This document shows, one piece after another, positions 21,201 to 30,203 of a DNA stretch of 64,000 bases; within the stretch, counting starts at the first letter, position 1; every line of letters starts with the position of its first letter. The notes under the pieces were generated by a model. The model was given only the letters and a program-made list of their open reading frames with translations. It ran no database searches and was not told where the DNA came from. The DNA lies in the IMG/VR virus record IMGVR_UViG_3300037297_000135, positions 66,484 to 130,483 of that record; one strand, written 5' to 3'. The stretch is from a virus. The position numbers and the translations under genes were made by a program.

Positions 21201-21472
21201 AATATTTTGGATATGTGCATACAAAATTAAAAGCCCATAAAGATTTGGTTATGGTTTTAGATATAAAAATTAAAAATTCTGTTAGAGTTCATGTTTGTTA
21301 CGTAAATTCTGGTGTTCATAAAACTTATACAATCTATAAAAATAAATTTTATAAACACCAGAACTATGACAACATATATTTTAATCCAAGATTTAAAATT
21401 TTTGACTTAATATACATTAAGTCAATTGAAACAAATAAATATGGTACTTTTTTAAACAGCTTCATGTTTTGA
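18266..21472 (+). CDS. dnaE: DNA polymerase III alpha subunit
   Basis: PHP HLHDEHS/NHG/DTH, RGSVGGSL, DIDIDF, HPAG, KFDILGL, FGYNH. Confidence 0.95.
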   Translation: MKTYTVFHLHDEHSNCNGYYDSITPFKEYLKLAKAQNMNAIALSNHGNIFEWVQKKQACDKLNIKYIHGIETYMDIIDMGKQSFHIGLYAKNYDGVMELNRLASKSTLKDGHFYKTPRIYFSELKQTSKNIIITTACLQSALWQLRKFENFTNEILEFLSSISDRSFLEIQYHNHIEQIEYNKLLLSYSKKYKIPLIAGTDTHSANSYYAECRKILQKSNNSYYGNEDSFDLTWKTYDELIECFKQQNSIPEIEFLKAIENTNVLANMVEPFELNYEFKYPGLYKNPKEKFLAAVDRNYKTKLNKGIIKENQEYIDRQKEELEAIEKQGMESFLYFMHELVEYCKKNNIIYGRCRGSVGGSLIAYILDIIDLDPIKFKTIFSRFCNADRISLADIDIDFAPEDRGKIYKYIINRFTTRNTAYISQFGKLKDRGTLDVLGRGLDMPLDEIKIIKDEYETLLFDYKKIIQESINLEEHKIENDIDNHEKFVVIINDIIIIAKLNILYDNYIKLKEKYKDVFYYFDGLKNTIISKGNHPAGIIGSPIDLIQHIGVWYKDGDENFPVSVCSMKPIESLNFCKFDILGLKMMGIIKDTYKDIGIKYHKSHEMNWEDKNIFDEIIQSKVGCFQFEGEYAFEQLKKFKPRNIFDITLVTAAIRPSGASYRDKLLNREFNRNPSKEIDELLVDNYGYIVYQEDTIKFLQQFCGFSGSEADTIRRAIGKKLLDVIKDNTEKITKGYQSTLKKDFETAKKEITEFLKMLINASRYQFGYNHALGYTLNTCTGIYLRHYHPVSFVKSYLNRADKNEDYVDGFNLAQLKGIKIESICFKYSYGKYIYDENTKTMYKGLKSVKYINNISDEILNDLYNQKYQNISDVFERFLNHFNKKQIGILIDLNYFKNFGNPNYLTECFKIFQKYFGKKQFKKDALLEIEKTWFEKIPHKKTDKLYKGFDSKDLINYIIKNALTKKSYDYFDLLKKEFEYFGYVHTKLKAHKDLVMVLDIKIKNSVRVHVCYVNSGVHKTYTIYKNKFYKHQNYDNIYFNPRFKIFDLIYIKSIETNKYGTFLNSFMF

Positions 21473-22318
21473 ATTTAATTTTTCTAAAATACTCTTTGAA
21501 TTGGTTGAAACATACAACTTAGTAGTTTCAATACTACTATGCCCTAAAACATCTTGTAATTCAAACACATTAAGTATATCACTGTTGTCACTTGCAAATT
21601 TACGCCTTGTTGAATGAACACACACTTCAAAAGGCTTTAAAGCTTTATTCAAAGTTGATTTATTCATGGGTTTGTTTTTACTAAATCGCCCAAAAAAAAC
21701 ATAGTTGTTTGGACTTAACTTTTGTTCCTTTATCCAATTTTGAAGTTTTTCAAAAATATAATCCTTAAAATATAAAATCCTTACATTTTCACCTTTACCA
21801 ATTAATAAACCTGTTTTAACAACATCTTTAACTTTTAAATTTAAAAGCTCTTTTTTCCTCATTCCAGTATAAACTAATGTTTCAACCATTAATTTATTTT
21901 TTTCTGAAATATTTGAATTTAATATTTTTTCAAATATTTTTTTAGGCATAGGCATTTTTTTTGATTTTGGTATGTTGATATATGGTGTTTTAATTATATT
22001 TTTTGACAAATATCTTTCTTTTGTCAAAAAATTCATAAAATCTTTTAATACAATGAATTTATATTTTATTGTTGTATTTTTGTTTCTTAAAACATTCCTG
22101 CAATGCAATATATATTCATTGTTACAAAATTCCTTTCCTTGTGTGATTAACAATTCTATATATTCTATAAAACTGTTAATCACACTTGTATATGTTTTTA
22201 TAGACTCAATTGAAGCACCAAAAACTTCTTTTGTATTTATATATTTTGTCAAATATTTCTGTTTTTTTGAAACTAATTTTTCCATTATGATTTCAATATC
22301 TGTTTTTTCTTTTTCCAT
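21452..22318 (-). CDS. tyrosine recombinase (Xer/integrase family)
   Basis: YTGMRKKE (R), GKG (K), HSTRR (HxxR), LGHSSIETTKLY (H, Y). Confidence 0.9.
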   Translation of the reverse strand: MEKEKTDIEIIMEKLVSKKQKYLTKYINTKEVFGASIESIKTYTSVINSFIEYIELLITQGKEFCNNEYILHCRNVLRNKNTTIKYKFIVLKDFMNFLTKERYLSKNIIKTPYINIPKSKKMPMPKKIFEKILNSNISEKNKLMVETLVYTGMRKKELLNLKVKDVVKTGLLIGKGENVRILYFKDYIFEKLQNWIKEQKLSPNNYVFFGRFSKNKPMNKSTLNKALKPFEVCVHSTRRKFASDNSDILNVFELQDVLGHSSIETTKLYVSTNSKSILEKLNSKHEAV

Positions 22319-22544
22319 TTTTAACCCTCCTAAAAATATAAAATGTTAATTCAACAATTGTTGCTATTATAAAAAATGAAATTAAAATCCATAAAAAACT
22401 TTGTTCTTTGTAAAAGAATATTTTACCTATACCACTAAAAAATATTCCACTAATCAAATATATTGCAATTTTTTGTATATTTTTGCTTTTTTTAAATTTT
22501 TTAGCATTTTCAAAAAGTCCATATCTTATGTTATCAATCTTCAT
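22293..22544 (-). CDS. hypothetical membrane protein
   Basis: Two TM-like segments. Confidence 0.4.
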   Translation of the reverse strand: MKIDNIRYGLFENAKKFKKSKNIQKIAIYLISGIFFSGIGKIFFYKEQSFLWILISFFIIATIVELTFYIFRRVKNGKRKNRY

Positions 22545-22809
22545 TTTTATTCATCCTCCAATTGCATTTATTTATATCTTCAATTTTATTAGTTTTCAAC
22601 CATTTTTTAAAATCATCAGTCAAGTAAAATTTACTTCCACCCATCAATTTATTTTCTTTATACACCACATTTTTTTCTATCAGCAAATCTCTAACTACAC
22701 TCATTGTATATACATCTTTTCCAAAATCCTCTATTGTTCCATATTCATTTTCTTGAATTTTTTTTACTGCATTCATACTATTTTCACCAAATACCATTAT
22801 ATCCTCCAT
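22534..22809 (-). CDS. hypothetical protein
   Basis: GGAGG RBS, collinear with the minus-strand operon. Confidence 0.5.
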   Translation of the reverse strand: MEDIMVFGENSMNAVKKIQENEYGTIEDFGKDVYTMSVVRDLLIEKNVVYKENKLMGGSKFYLTDDFKKWLKTNKIEDINKCNWRMNKNED

Positions 22810-22901
22810 CCATATTTTTTTGAATCTTTTTTTTCAAATATATCATGCACATTTTTTAACACACATATCCCAAAAATCCATATAAAAAAAAACACAATCA
22901 T

Positions 22902-23387
22902 TTACTTAACCACCTCTTTTTCTATTGCTTCATTAAGCATTTTTTTGTATTTTTCAAATTCTTTTGATTTATACCTATTATGAAACAAATAATCTTTATT
23001 GATTATTAAAATGGATGTAAACATCCATTTTACAATACCACCAGGTAACATCACTCCAAAATATTTGCATAACAAATAAAATTCATAATTTGTTATTGTA
23101 TAGTTTGTATATTTGTTTATAAGTATATCAAAATTTATACTTGTAGACACTTTTTCATATTCTTTTTTTGTTTGTTCAAAAAAATCGATTTTTTCAAATT
23201 TTACATTTTGTTTTTGAAAAATCAAAATATTTTTAATTTTTTTAGGTCTTTCTTTTTTAAAAAGATATATTTTGTTTTGTCTGTTTTTTAAGACAATATG
23301 TTTTTCATATACCTTAAAAACTTTGCAAAATATTCTTTTATCTTTTTTTATCAAATTTACAAACTCACCTTCAACTAACATCTTCAT
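22902..23387 (-). CDS. hypothetical protein
   Basis: 161-aa ORF overlapping the upstream gene. Confidence 0.5.
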   Translation of the reverse strand: MKMLVEGEFVNLIKKDKRIFCKVFKVYEKHIVLKNRQNKIYLFKKERPKKIKNILIFQKQNVKFEKIDFFEQTKKEYEKVSTSINFDILINKYTNYTITNYEFYLLCKYFGVMLPGGIVKWMFTSILIINKDYLFHNRYKSKEFEKYKKMLNEAIEKEVVK

Positions 23388-24243
23388 CTTTATCTTCCCA
23401 ATCTCTTACTTCATAATTAAATATTCCACGTATATTTAATTTTTTACTATATCCAATATTATAATTATACGCTTTGTGAAAGCCTTCACCATATTGGCGT
23501 TGGTTTGAAAAATATCCTATATCATATAACAATTTGGGATTGTTTTTTAATCTTTTAATGAATTTTTCATGTTCATATCCACGAATCCTCATTAATTTTA
23601 ACAATGCATAAAATGTCGATTTGTTATGACTGAATTTTTTATAATCAACTTCAAGAAAATCCATAATTCTATCTGCATTTTGAATTGATTTTTCATAATT
23701 AGGTATATTCAAAACACCTTTTTTTGATGCATCCAGTATGACATGTGACATTGGTCTATTTGCCAACAGCACAATTATTACAGCTAATGGTATATCTTTG
23801 TATTTGTTTTGGAAACCTTGTGCTATTTCATAATTCTTTTTCCCTTCTTTTAAATATGATTCAAAAAAGTCTTTCAATTTCCAACTTCCATTACAGTCAT
23901 TAATTCTTCTCATATCATTTGCATTAATATTTGGGTTTAATTGAAATACAATTGGTAATTGTGGATATTTATCAGACCCTTTATGTTTTTTGTTATATAT
24001 CTCTAGTGCTTTTTTTCTATTTCCACCATCATAAATCATTATCTTACCCTCTTCGATTTTACATATACACACAGTTTCGATGTACCCTTCTTCGAAACTG
24101 TGTACAAGTTCATTTATTTTATGTGGATTTTCACTTCTATTATATTTATGATTTTCAAAAGCATCAAAATTAAATGATTTATATGTCACAACCTTACTTT
24201 TTTCCACATCTACAATTTTTTTCAATTCTTGATATTCAGTCAT
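23371..24243 (-). CDS. ParB/Srx-like N-terminal domain protein
   Basis: NR...HKINEL..SF and IYDGGNRKKAL motifs. Confidence 0.5.
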   Translation of the reverse strand: MTEYQELKKIVDVEKSKVVTYKSFNFDAFENHKYNRSENPHKINELVHSFEEGYIETVCICKIEEGKIMIYDGGNRKKALEIYNKKHKGSDKYPQLPIVFQLNPNINANDMRRINDCNGSWKLKDFFESYLKEGKKNYEIAQGFQNKYKDIPLAVIIVLLANRPMSHVILDASKKGVLNIPNYEKSIQNADRIMDFLEVDYKKFSHNKSTFYALLKLMRIRGYEHEKFIKRLKNNPKLLYDIGYFSNQRQYGEGFHKAYNYNIGYSKKLNIRGIFNYEVRDWEDKDEDVS

Positions 24244-24986
24244 TTTTTACACTCCTTAATATTATATTCTTCTAAACCTATTGTTTCTGGTTCTTCATTG
24301 TATTCATCATACGATTTTTCTATAATTGTATCATGTATATCACTTTCAAAATCTACAAATTTAATATTGTACCAATTCCCTCCTTTCGGTAAAACCGAAA
24401 CAAACTTCATTGAATTTATTTTATTCAATTGTGCTTCTTTTGTGTGTTCAGTTCTAAATATTTTTTCAATTTCATTTGCTAAAATTGCTTTAATTTCTGT
24501 GATTTTTAACGAGTCAATATATTTAAGCTTTTCACTATTCAAAATTTTTTCAATCTTAAAAACATATCCATCTTTATGATTTTCTAAGATATATTCTTCA
24601 AATTTTTCCGAAGATATATTTTTAATACAATGAACAAATTCATCGTATTTATCTACATGGATTGAGCAACTATCTATAAGTATTTGTTTTAATTCTTTAA
24701 TTTTATTCATTCTTAAATCTAAAAAATCAAAAACAAACAATACGATTTCACCTAAAGTCTTTTTTTCGCCTAAATACACAAATTCTTTTTCAAAAATATT
24801 TTTGTTGACCATGAATGAATTAAATAAACTTTCAATCAATTCATCATTAATCATTGAAAATCCAAAATTTTCATAGATGCTTTTGATTCCAGATAGCATG
24901 AAGTTAAAATCATTTTTGTCTTCTTGTTGCAAATTTTTTGTTAATTCTTCAACTTTTGTCATATTATACATTTTTTTATTCCTCAT
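24240..24986 (-). CDS. hypothetical protein
   Basis: 248-aa ORF, ATGA overlap with the next gene. Confidence 0.55.
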   Translation of the reverse strand: MRNKKMYNMTKVEELTKNLQQEDKNDFNFMLSGIKSIYENFGFSMINDELIESLFNSFMVNKNIFEKEFVYLGEKKTLGEIVLFVFDFLDLRMNKIKELKQILIDSCSIHVDKYDEFVHCIKNISSEKFEEYILENHKDGYVFKIEKILNSEKLKYIDSLKITEIKAILANEIEKIFRTEHTKEAQLNKINSMKFVSVLPKGGNWYNIKFVDFESDIHDTIIEKSYDEYNEEPETIGLEEYNIKECKK

Positions 24987-25243
24987 TTCATATATTTTTG
25001 TTTATTTTCTTTCTTTTATATTCACTTCATTACTAGCATATGGTTCTATTGCTATATTCCCATATGGCATATTTATTTCAATTGTTTTATCTTTTTTTAT
25101 TTTTACATTTACTTCAAAATCTTCATCAACACAAACTAATTTATATGTTGTATTAATATCTAATTCTATTTTTTTCATTTTCTCCCTCTTTTCTTTTTTT
25201 GAATTTTAAAATCTTTTCATTCATAAAAATCAATCCCCTTTAA

Positions 25244-25663
25244 TTATATAAATTTATTCAGTTTTATTATATCAAAATCATCAATTGTATTATTATATTT
25301 TATTATTGAAAAATATTTTTTATTAATTATAATTTTAATATTTTCAGTATAATTACTTATTAAAATAAATTTTAAATAATATTTTTCATCTAATTCATTA
25401 TTTAAAAAATCTTCTTCCTTAAAATTATCATCTTCTATATCTATTTGGAAATCAAATTTGTTATTTCTATATTTTTTTAAAATTTTTATATCGACATTTA
25501 AATCATCATATGTTTTATACATTTTTTCTAAACTTTCAATTTTTAAATTTATAAAATTTTCTATTTTATTTTCATTAGTTTGATATCGATTAACATAAAA
25601 AAATATAGCATATGAAATCAATATTAAACTAAATATCAAATACATTATATTTATTTTTCTCAT
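25244..25663 (-). CDS. hypothetical protein with N-terminal TM helix
   Basis: Hydrophobic residues 6-24. Confidence 0.5.
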   Translation of the reverse strand: MRKINIMYLIFSLILISYAIFFYVNRYQTNENKIENFINLKIESLEKMYKTYDDLNVDIKILKKYRNNKFDFQIDIEDDNFKEEDFLNNELDEKYYLKFILISNYTENIKIIINKKYFSIIKYNNTIDDFDIIKLNKFI

Positions 25664-25677
25664 GAAATCAATTCCTT

Positions 25678-26019
25678 TTATTTTTTTATTTGTCTAAACA
25701 ACAATTCATTTTCAAAAACCGACATCATAAAATGATTTTTTATTTTTTGTGTGTTTATCGAGTTATACCAACTTGGTGAAATTGTTTTACAATCATACAA
25801 AATTGAATATGGTATCGAATCTTTTTCATTAATTTTTATCCAATTTACTAAAGCAAATGGTTTACCTTCTGAAAAAGCACCATGCAAAAGCAAATCGTTC
25901 CAAATCAACAATATTTGATTTGTGATTTTTACTTTGATATATTTGTTATTCAAATCATTTTTCAATTTTACGATGTCTAAAACTTCAAAAGCAGATTTTA
26001 TATTTATATTGTATTCCAT
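25678..26019 (-). CDS. hypothetical protein
   Basis: GAGGGG RBS. Confidence 0.5.
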   Translation of the reverse strand: MEYNINIKSAFEVLDIVKLKNDLNNKYIKVKITNQILLIWNDLLLHGAFSEGKPFALVNWIKINEKDSIPYSILYDCKTISPSWYNSINTQKIKNHFMMSVFENELLFRQIKK

Positions 26020-26045
26020 TTTATTCCCCTCATATTTTACATATA

Positions 26046-26738
26046 TTATACATTATCTCTATTTGTTTTAAAACCTCTTATTGTTTCAATTATATCAAAA
26101 TCATCATTCATTTTATTTAAATTTTGATATGCTTGCCGATTGTCTCCATCAATCAGCATACATATGCAGCTTTTCAGATTTTCAATCTCCATTTTTTGCT
26201 CAATCAGTATTTCAAACATCCCATATATCCCTAATTCACTTAACTTTTGTTGCATGAGTTTTTTGATTTTTAAATCTTTTTTCTTTTGTTCCTGTTCCAG
26301 TTTTTTTACTGTTTCCAATCTAAATTCAAGCAATTCATCGTACCAATCTTCAAAACCATCTGTATCTTCAATTTCCCAACAACCATCATTTAGCCATTGG
26401 TTTTTCAAATTTTCTACTTGTTTAGGTGTTTTTTCTTGATGCAATGCCATTGGTCTTAAAATCAATTTACAGTCATTGCAATACATGTATTCATTATTAA
26501 ATTCATCATCCCATATTTTCAAATGTTTTTTACATTCTGGACATTTGGGATAATTTTTTTCTAGCTCTTCTTTCAATTCAATTTCATCAAACATATCTTT
26601 ATTTAGATTATGTGCTAAAACTTTTACTTGTGTTCCACCATACCAATGTCGCAATATATCACGACATTGGGCATCATATTCATCTGTTTTGTCTTCAAAA
26701 CTTTTAAATGGTCTTTCTTTCATTTTTATTGGGTTCAA
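26046..26738 (-). CDS. hypothetical phage protein with zinc ribbon
   Basis: CPEC/CNDC; LKNQWLNDGCWEIEDTDGFE block. Confidence 0.55.
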   Translation of the reverse strand: MNPIKMKERPFKSFEDKTDEYDAQCRDILRHWYGGTQVKVLAHNLNKDMFDEIELKEELEKNYPKCPECKKHLKIWDDEFNNEYMYCNDCKLILRPMALHQEKTPKQVENLKNQWLNDGCWEIEDTDGFEDWYDELLEFRLETVKKLEQEQKKKDLKIKKLMQQKLSELGIYGMFEILIEQKMEIENLKSCICMLIDGDNRQAYQNLNKMNDDFDIIETIRGFKTNRDNV

Positions 26739-26743
26739 TCAAA

Positions 26744-27361
26744 TCACTCTCCTCTAATTAATTCTTCTATGCTTATTTCATTTTTTAAATATTTTTTTAT
26801 TCTTGTTTTTCCATTGCTATCAAAATTATCACATATTTTTTCTTTTTGTCCGTCTTCTTTGATTACATAAAAATATCTATAATCATTTTTCCAACTGCCT
26901 GCTTCTCTTTCTTCAATTATATCTCCTACTTCAGCAAAATATTTTCCTGAAACTGTTACTTCTTTTTTACCATATGTTTTATCCAAATCAAAAAATTCTC
27001 TTTCAAAATTACCTTTATCATTTAATTTGATTTTTGCTGCATATGGTATACCTTTTCTTGAATCATTTGTTACTTCAAAATTGAATTCAAATTGTTTTGA
27101 TTTTATATTTCCATTATTTTTATTATTTAAAACCATTTTTTCACAATATTCATTTAAATCTACTTTATATATATCTTCAACAACCATTTTTATTTCTTCT
27201 CCATATCCTATTATTCCATGCCAACTAAAATATTCATTTAGAATATTATCTTTAGACATTTTGTTAATTCTTTCATCATTCGAATTGTCATTTTCTTCTA
27301 AACCCATTCTTTTTCTAATTGCTTTAAGAATATATTCAGGATATTTAATTTCTTCTTTCAT
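26744..27361 (-). CDS. hypothetical phage protein (appears two-domain)
   Basis: 205-aa ORF with GGAG RBS. Confidence 0.55.
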   Translation of the reverse strand: MKEEIKYPEYILKAIRKRMGLEENDNSNDERINKMSKDNILNEYFSWHGIIGYGEEIKMVVEDIYKVDLNEYCEKMVLNNKNNGNIKSKQFEFNFEVTNDSRKGIPYAAKIKLNDKGNFEREFFDLDKTYGKKEVTVSGKYFAEVGDIIEEREAGSWKNDYRYFYVIKEDGQKEKICDNFDSNGKTRIKKYLKNEISIEELIRGE

Positions 27362-27675
27362 TTTTTATCATTCTCCTTTTTTTTAATATTTTTATCAATT
27401 TCCATCTTGCATTCTTTACAAATTGTATAATATTCATTATCTTCACCAATTTTATTTTTTTTAAATTGGTGACCACAATATTCACAAAAAAATGTTTCTG
27501 TGATTTCATAGGCATTTGAAGCTGTTTGATTTATTTTAACATTTTTGTTTCCAGAAATATAAATTGCTGTATTGTTTGTATTATGCCAAATTAAAAAAAT
27601 AATTCCATTAAATTTTATTTCTATTGCACCTTTTATGTTAAATTTACCAATACTTTGATTAATTTTTAATTCCAT
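27358..27675 (-). CDS. hypothetical protein with C-terminal CxxC pairs
   Basis: CEYC, CKEC. Confidence 0.5.
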   Translation of the reverse strand: MELKINQSIGKFNIKGAIEIKFNGIIFLIWHNTNNTAIYISGNKNVKINQTASNAYEITETFFCEYCGHQFKKNKIGEDNEYYTICKECKMEIDKNIKKKENDKK

Positions 27676-27711
27676 AAAATCACTCCATTATATTTATTTT
27701 TTTTTAAACAA

Positions 27712-27783
27712 TACGTCTAACAGGAATCGAACCTGTAGCTCTTGATTCGTAATCAAGTATTTTATCCATTAAACTATAGACGT
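27712..27783 (-). tRNA. tRNA-Arg(ACG)
   Basis: ACGTCTA/TAGACGT, CTTGA-TTACGAA-TCAAG, ACAGG-TTCGATT-CCTGT. Confidence 0.9.
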
Positions 27784-27794
27784 TTTTATAAATT

Positions 27795-28601
27795 TTAAAT
27801 ATAATGCTTTGCCTGGATTATATATTTAAAATCATTCAATTCTTTTTGATATGATGAATTAAATTCTTCAATCGAATGAATTTTATCTCTCATAATTGAA
27901 GCATTGTTCATCAAAACATATCTATCATTGTATTTTTTAAAAAATCCAATATCATATCCTGATTCATGATTAATCCTGATAATTTTTAAAATATTTGTTT
28001 CTTCATATGAATCAAAATATTCATTTATATTTTTTTGAAATGTTTTTTCATCTGACAACAACAATGCTTTATTTAGCATATGATTGTAAATCCTTTCAAA
28101 TTCATACAAATACAATTCTGCCTGTTCACGAATTGCATTGCAATCATACATATTCATACCATTATACAGCAAATCGTATGTGATATATACATTTTTATCT
28201 ATTAGACTTTGAATGTATTGCTCGTATGAGTTTTCATGTTTTTCATTGTTTTTGAAAACATAATCCTTCATTTTTATAAAATATATATCTTTGATTGCAA
28301 TCCTTAAAAATTCAAGCCTGTGAACAGCTTTAATTCTTTCTTTTTCTGGAATGATTTTCCCTAAATTCAAAATACCAGAATATGCATTTTTTAAATATAT
28401 CAAAATATATTTTTGCTCAATTTTGATTATATAAAAATCATAATTCATTGTTCTTTCAATTAAAAAATTTTCAAACCATTTTAAAGCTGATTCAAAACTA
28501 TCAGCTTCAATTTTACAAATTTCTTTCGCTTCATTAGACAACAACATATATTCTTTCATCCTCAAAACCCTCCATTTTATTTGATTTTTTGACATAGTCA
28601 A
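27795..28601 (-). CDS. hypothetical protein
   Basis: 268-aa ORF; likely start near 28559 after GAGG. Confidence 0.5.
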   Translation of the reverse strand: MTMSKNQIKWRVLRMKEYMLLSNEAKEICKIEADSFESALKWFENFLIERTMNYDFYIIKIEQKYILIYLKNAYSGILNLGKIIPEKERIKAVHRLEFLRIAIKDIYFIKMKDYVFKNNEKHENSYEQYIQSLIDKNVYITYDLLYNGMNMYDCNAIREQAELYLYEFERIYNHMLNKALLLSDEKTFQKNINEYFDSYEETNILKIIRINHESGYDIGFFKKYNDRYVLMNNASIMRDKIHSIEEFNSSYQKELNDFKYIIQAKHYI

Positions 28602-28733
28602 ATTTCGCTCAAAAACATACCTAGAATTGATTCAAATTTTAAAGGTAAAATTACTCTCAAACTTTTTTTTAATAGATTTAAGATATGGTTTTGTTTGAAT
28701 CTTTTGACAAATATTCAAATTTTATTATTTTAC

Positions 28734-28765
28734 TATAGAATATAGAAAATTTTCTATATTCTATA
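28734..28765. repeat. 32-bp perfect palindrome
   Basis: TATAGAATATAGAAAA|TTTTCTATATTCTATA. Confidence 0.9.
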
Positions 28766-28801
28766 TAAAACAACAAAAACAAAAGTTTGATTCAGGTTTA
28801 A

Positions 28802-29182
28802 CTAATTGTATTCTAATTCTTTGAATTTATCCAGAAATTCAGATAAATATATATTTTGGTATTTTTTAAACATTGAAGATATTTCAAGTTCAATATTTGC
28901 TATTGTATATTTATCTGGAATTTCACAAACAAAATAACTTGATGTATCGTCTAGTTGTGCATATATACAACTATTTTTGGTATAAAAATCTATGATTTTT
29001 ACTCCATCTTTGTAATGTGCAACTTCGAAATTTTGATTGATTTCGAATGATGGTTTTGACGTTTGAGCTTGTTGGTGTTGTTGTTCGCTACATGATACGA
29101 AAACCATAGCAGCAATAGGAATCAAAACACATAAAGCACATAAAATTGTAAAATTGATTTTTGATATTTTTTTTGTTTTCAT
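28802..29182 (-). CDS. putative lipoprotein/exported protein
   Basis: Basic N-terminus, hydrophobic stretch, VSCS. Confidence 0.5.
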   Translation of the reverse strand: MKTKKISKINFTILCALCVLIPIAAMVFVSCSEQQHQQAQTSKPSFEINQNFEVAHYKDGVKIIDFYTKNSCIYAQLDDTSSYFVCEIPDKYTIANIELEISSMFKKYQNIYLSEFLDKFKELEYN

Positions 29183-29201
29183 TTAAAAACACTCTCCTTT
29201 T

Positions 29202-29513
29202 TTATATTATTTCAATATCTGTAATTTTTACTTTTATGGAATCTCTGTTTATGATTGTGTCATATACATTCCCATGTATATTTTTTATAACTTCATATTC
29301 TCCGACAGTTTCAAAAACATAATTTGTATATTCAGTTGGGTTTCCATCTTCATATTTTGTAGGAAAACTATAACTTCCTTTTAAAACTTTATCATGTTTT
29401 CCTATTTCCAAATCAAAAACAGCATCATCAAAATAATACTCTATCCCTAATATTTTTATATCTTCATGAATATCATCCAACATATATTCATTTCCTATTT
29501 TTATTTCTTCCAT
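29202..29513 (-). CDS. hypothetical protein
   Basis: AAGGAGAG RBS. Confidence 0.55.
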   Translation of the reverse strand: MEEIKIGNEYMLDDIHEDIKILGIEYYFDDAVFDLEIGKHDKVLKGSYSFPTKYEDGNPTEYTNYVFETVGEYEVIKNIHGNVYDTIINRDSIKVKITDIEII

Positions 29514-29537
29514 TTTTTAACACTCTCCTTTTTATTT

Positions 29538-29783
29538 TTAAGCATATTTATATTGATTTATTACATTATTATCTTTTATATTTATTAAGATTTCATTGTA
29601 TTGTTTTATGAAATCTTTTGTATTTACCAAAGTTATATAATATCTAATATACAACCTTTTATTCTTTGATATTTCAACTACAAAACCATTTGAAACAGTT
29701 CTGTTTTTGTATAAAACTATTTCAAATGCATTTCTAACTTGATACCAATAAATAAAATTTTTGTTAATGTTTTTAATTTGCAT
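29538..29783 (-). CDS. hypothetical protein
   Basis: GGAGGG RBS. Confidence 0.5.
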   Translation of the reverse strand: MQIKNINKNFIYWYQVRNAFEIVLYKNRTVSNGFVVEISKNKRLYIRYYITLVNTKDFIKQYNEILINIKDNNVINQYKYA

Positions 29784-29888
29784 ATAGTTTCCCTCCGTTT
29801 ATTTTTATATATATACAAAATTATACACTAATATCAAATTTTAATTAATACTAGTGTATAAAATGTAAAAAATTTTTAATTTTATTTT

Positions 29889-30200
29889 TTAATTCCAGGT
29901 CTTTTTATACCAATATTTTGTCAATGCACCTTTCCCCATATTATATATAAATTCAGTTATACCAGATTTTTCCATGTTAAATGTTTCCATAGCATGTTTT
30001 ACACATTTTGTTGACCATGTTACTATTTTGCCATTATATTTACAAAAACATGGCTTTTTAAATTCTTTTGCTTCTTTTTTTATTTCTTCTTTGTCTTTAT
30101 CATCAATCCAAATAAACCCTATATATTGTTCATTTGAATTGTTTGTGCAAAAAACATTTATTTCTTTTTCTTTTATTTCAAAAAATTCAATCTTGTTCAT
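29889..30200 (-). CDS. hypothetical protein
   Basis: GGAGG RBS. Confidence 0.5.
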   Translation of the reverse strand: MNKIEFFEIKEKEINVFCTNNSNEQYIGFIWIDDKDKEEIKKEAKEFKKPCFCKYNGKIVTWSTKCVKHAMETFNMEKSGITEFIYNMGKGALTKYWYKKTWN

Positions 30201-30203
30201 TTT

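Noticed and set aside
6982-21472. Inteins or introns in dnaB, dnaG, recJ, dnaE
   Set aside because: Protein lengths are ordinary and no splice-junction or LAGLIDADG motifs are visible.
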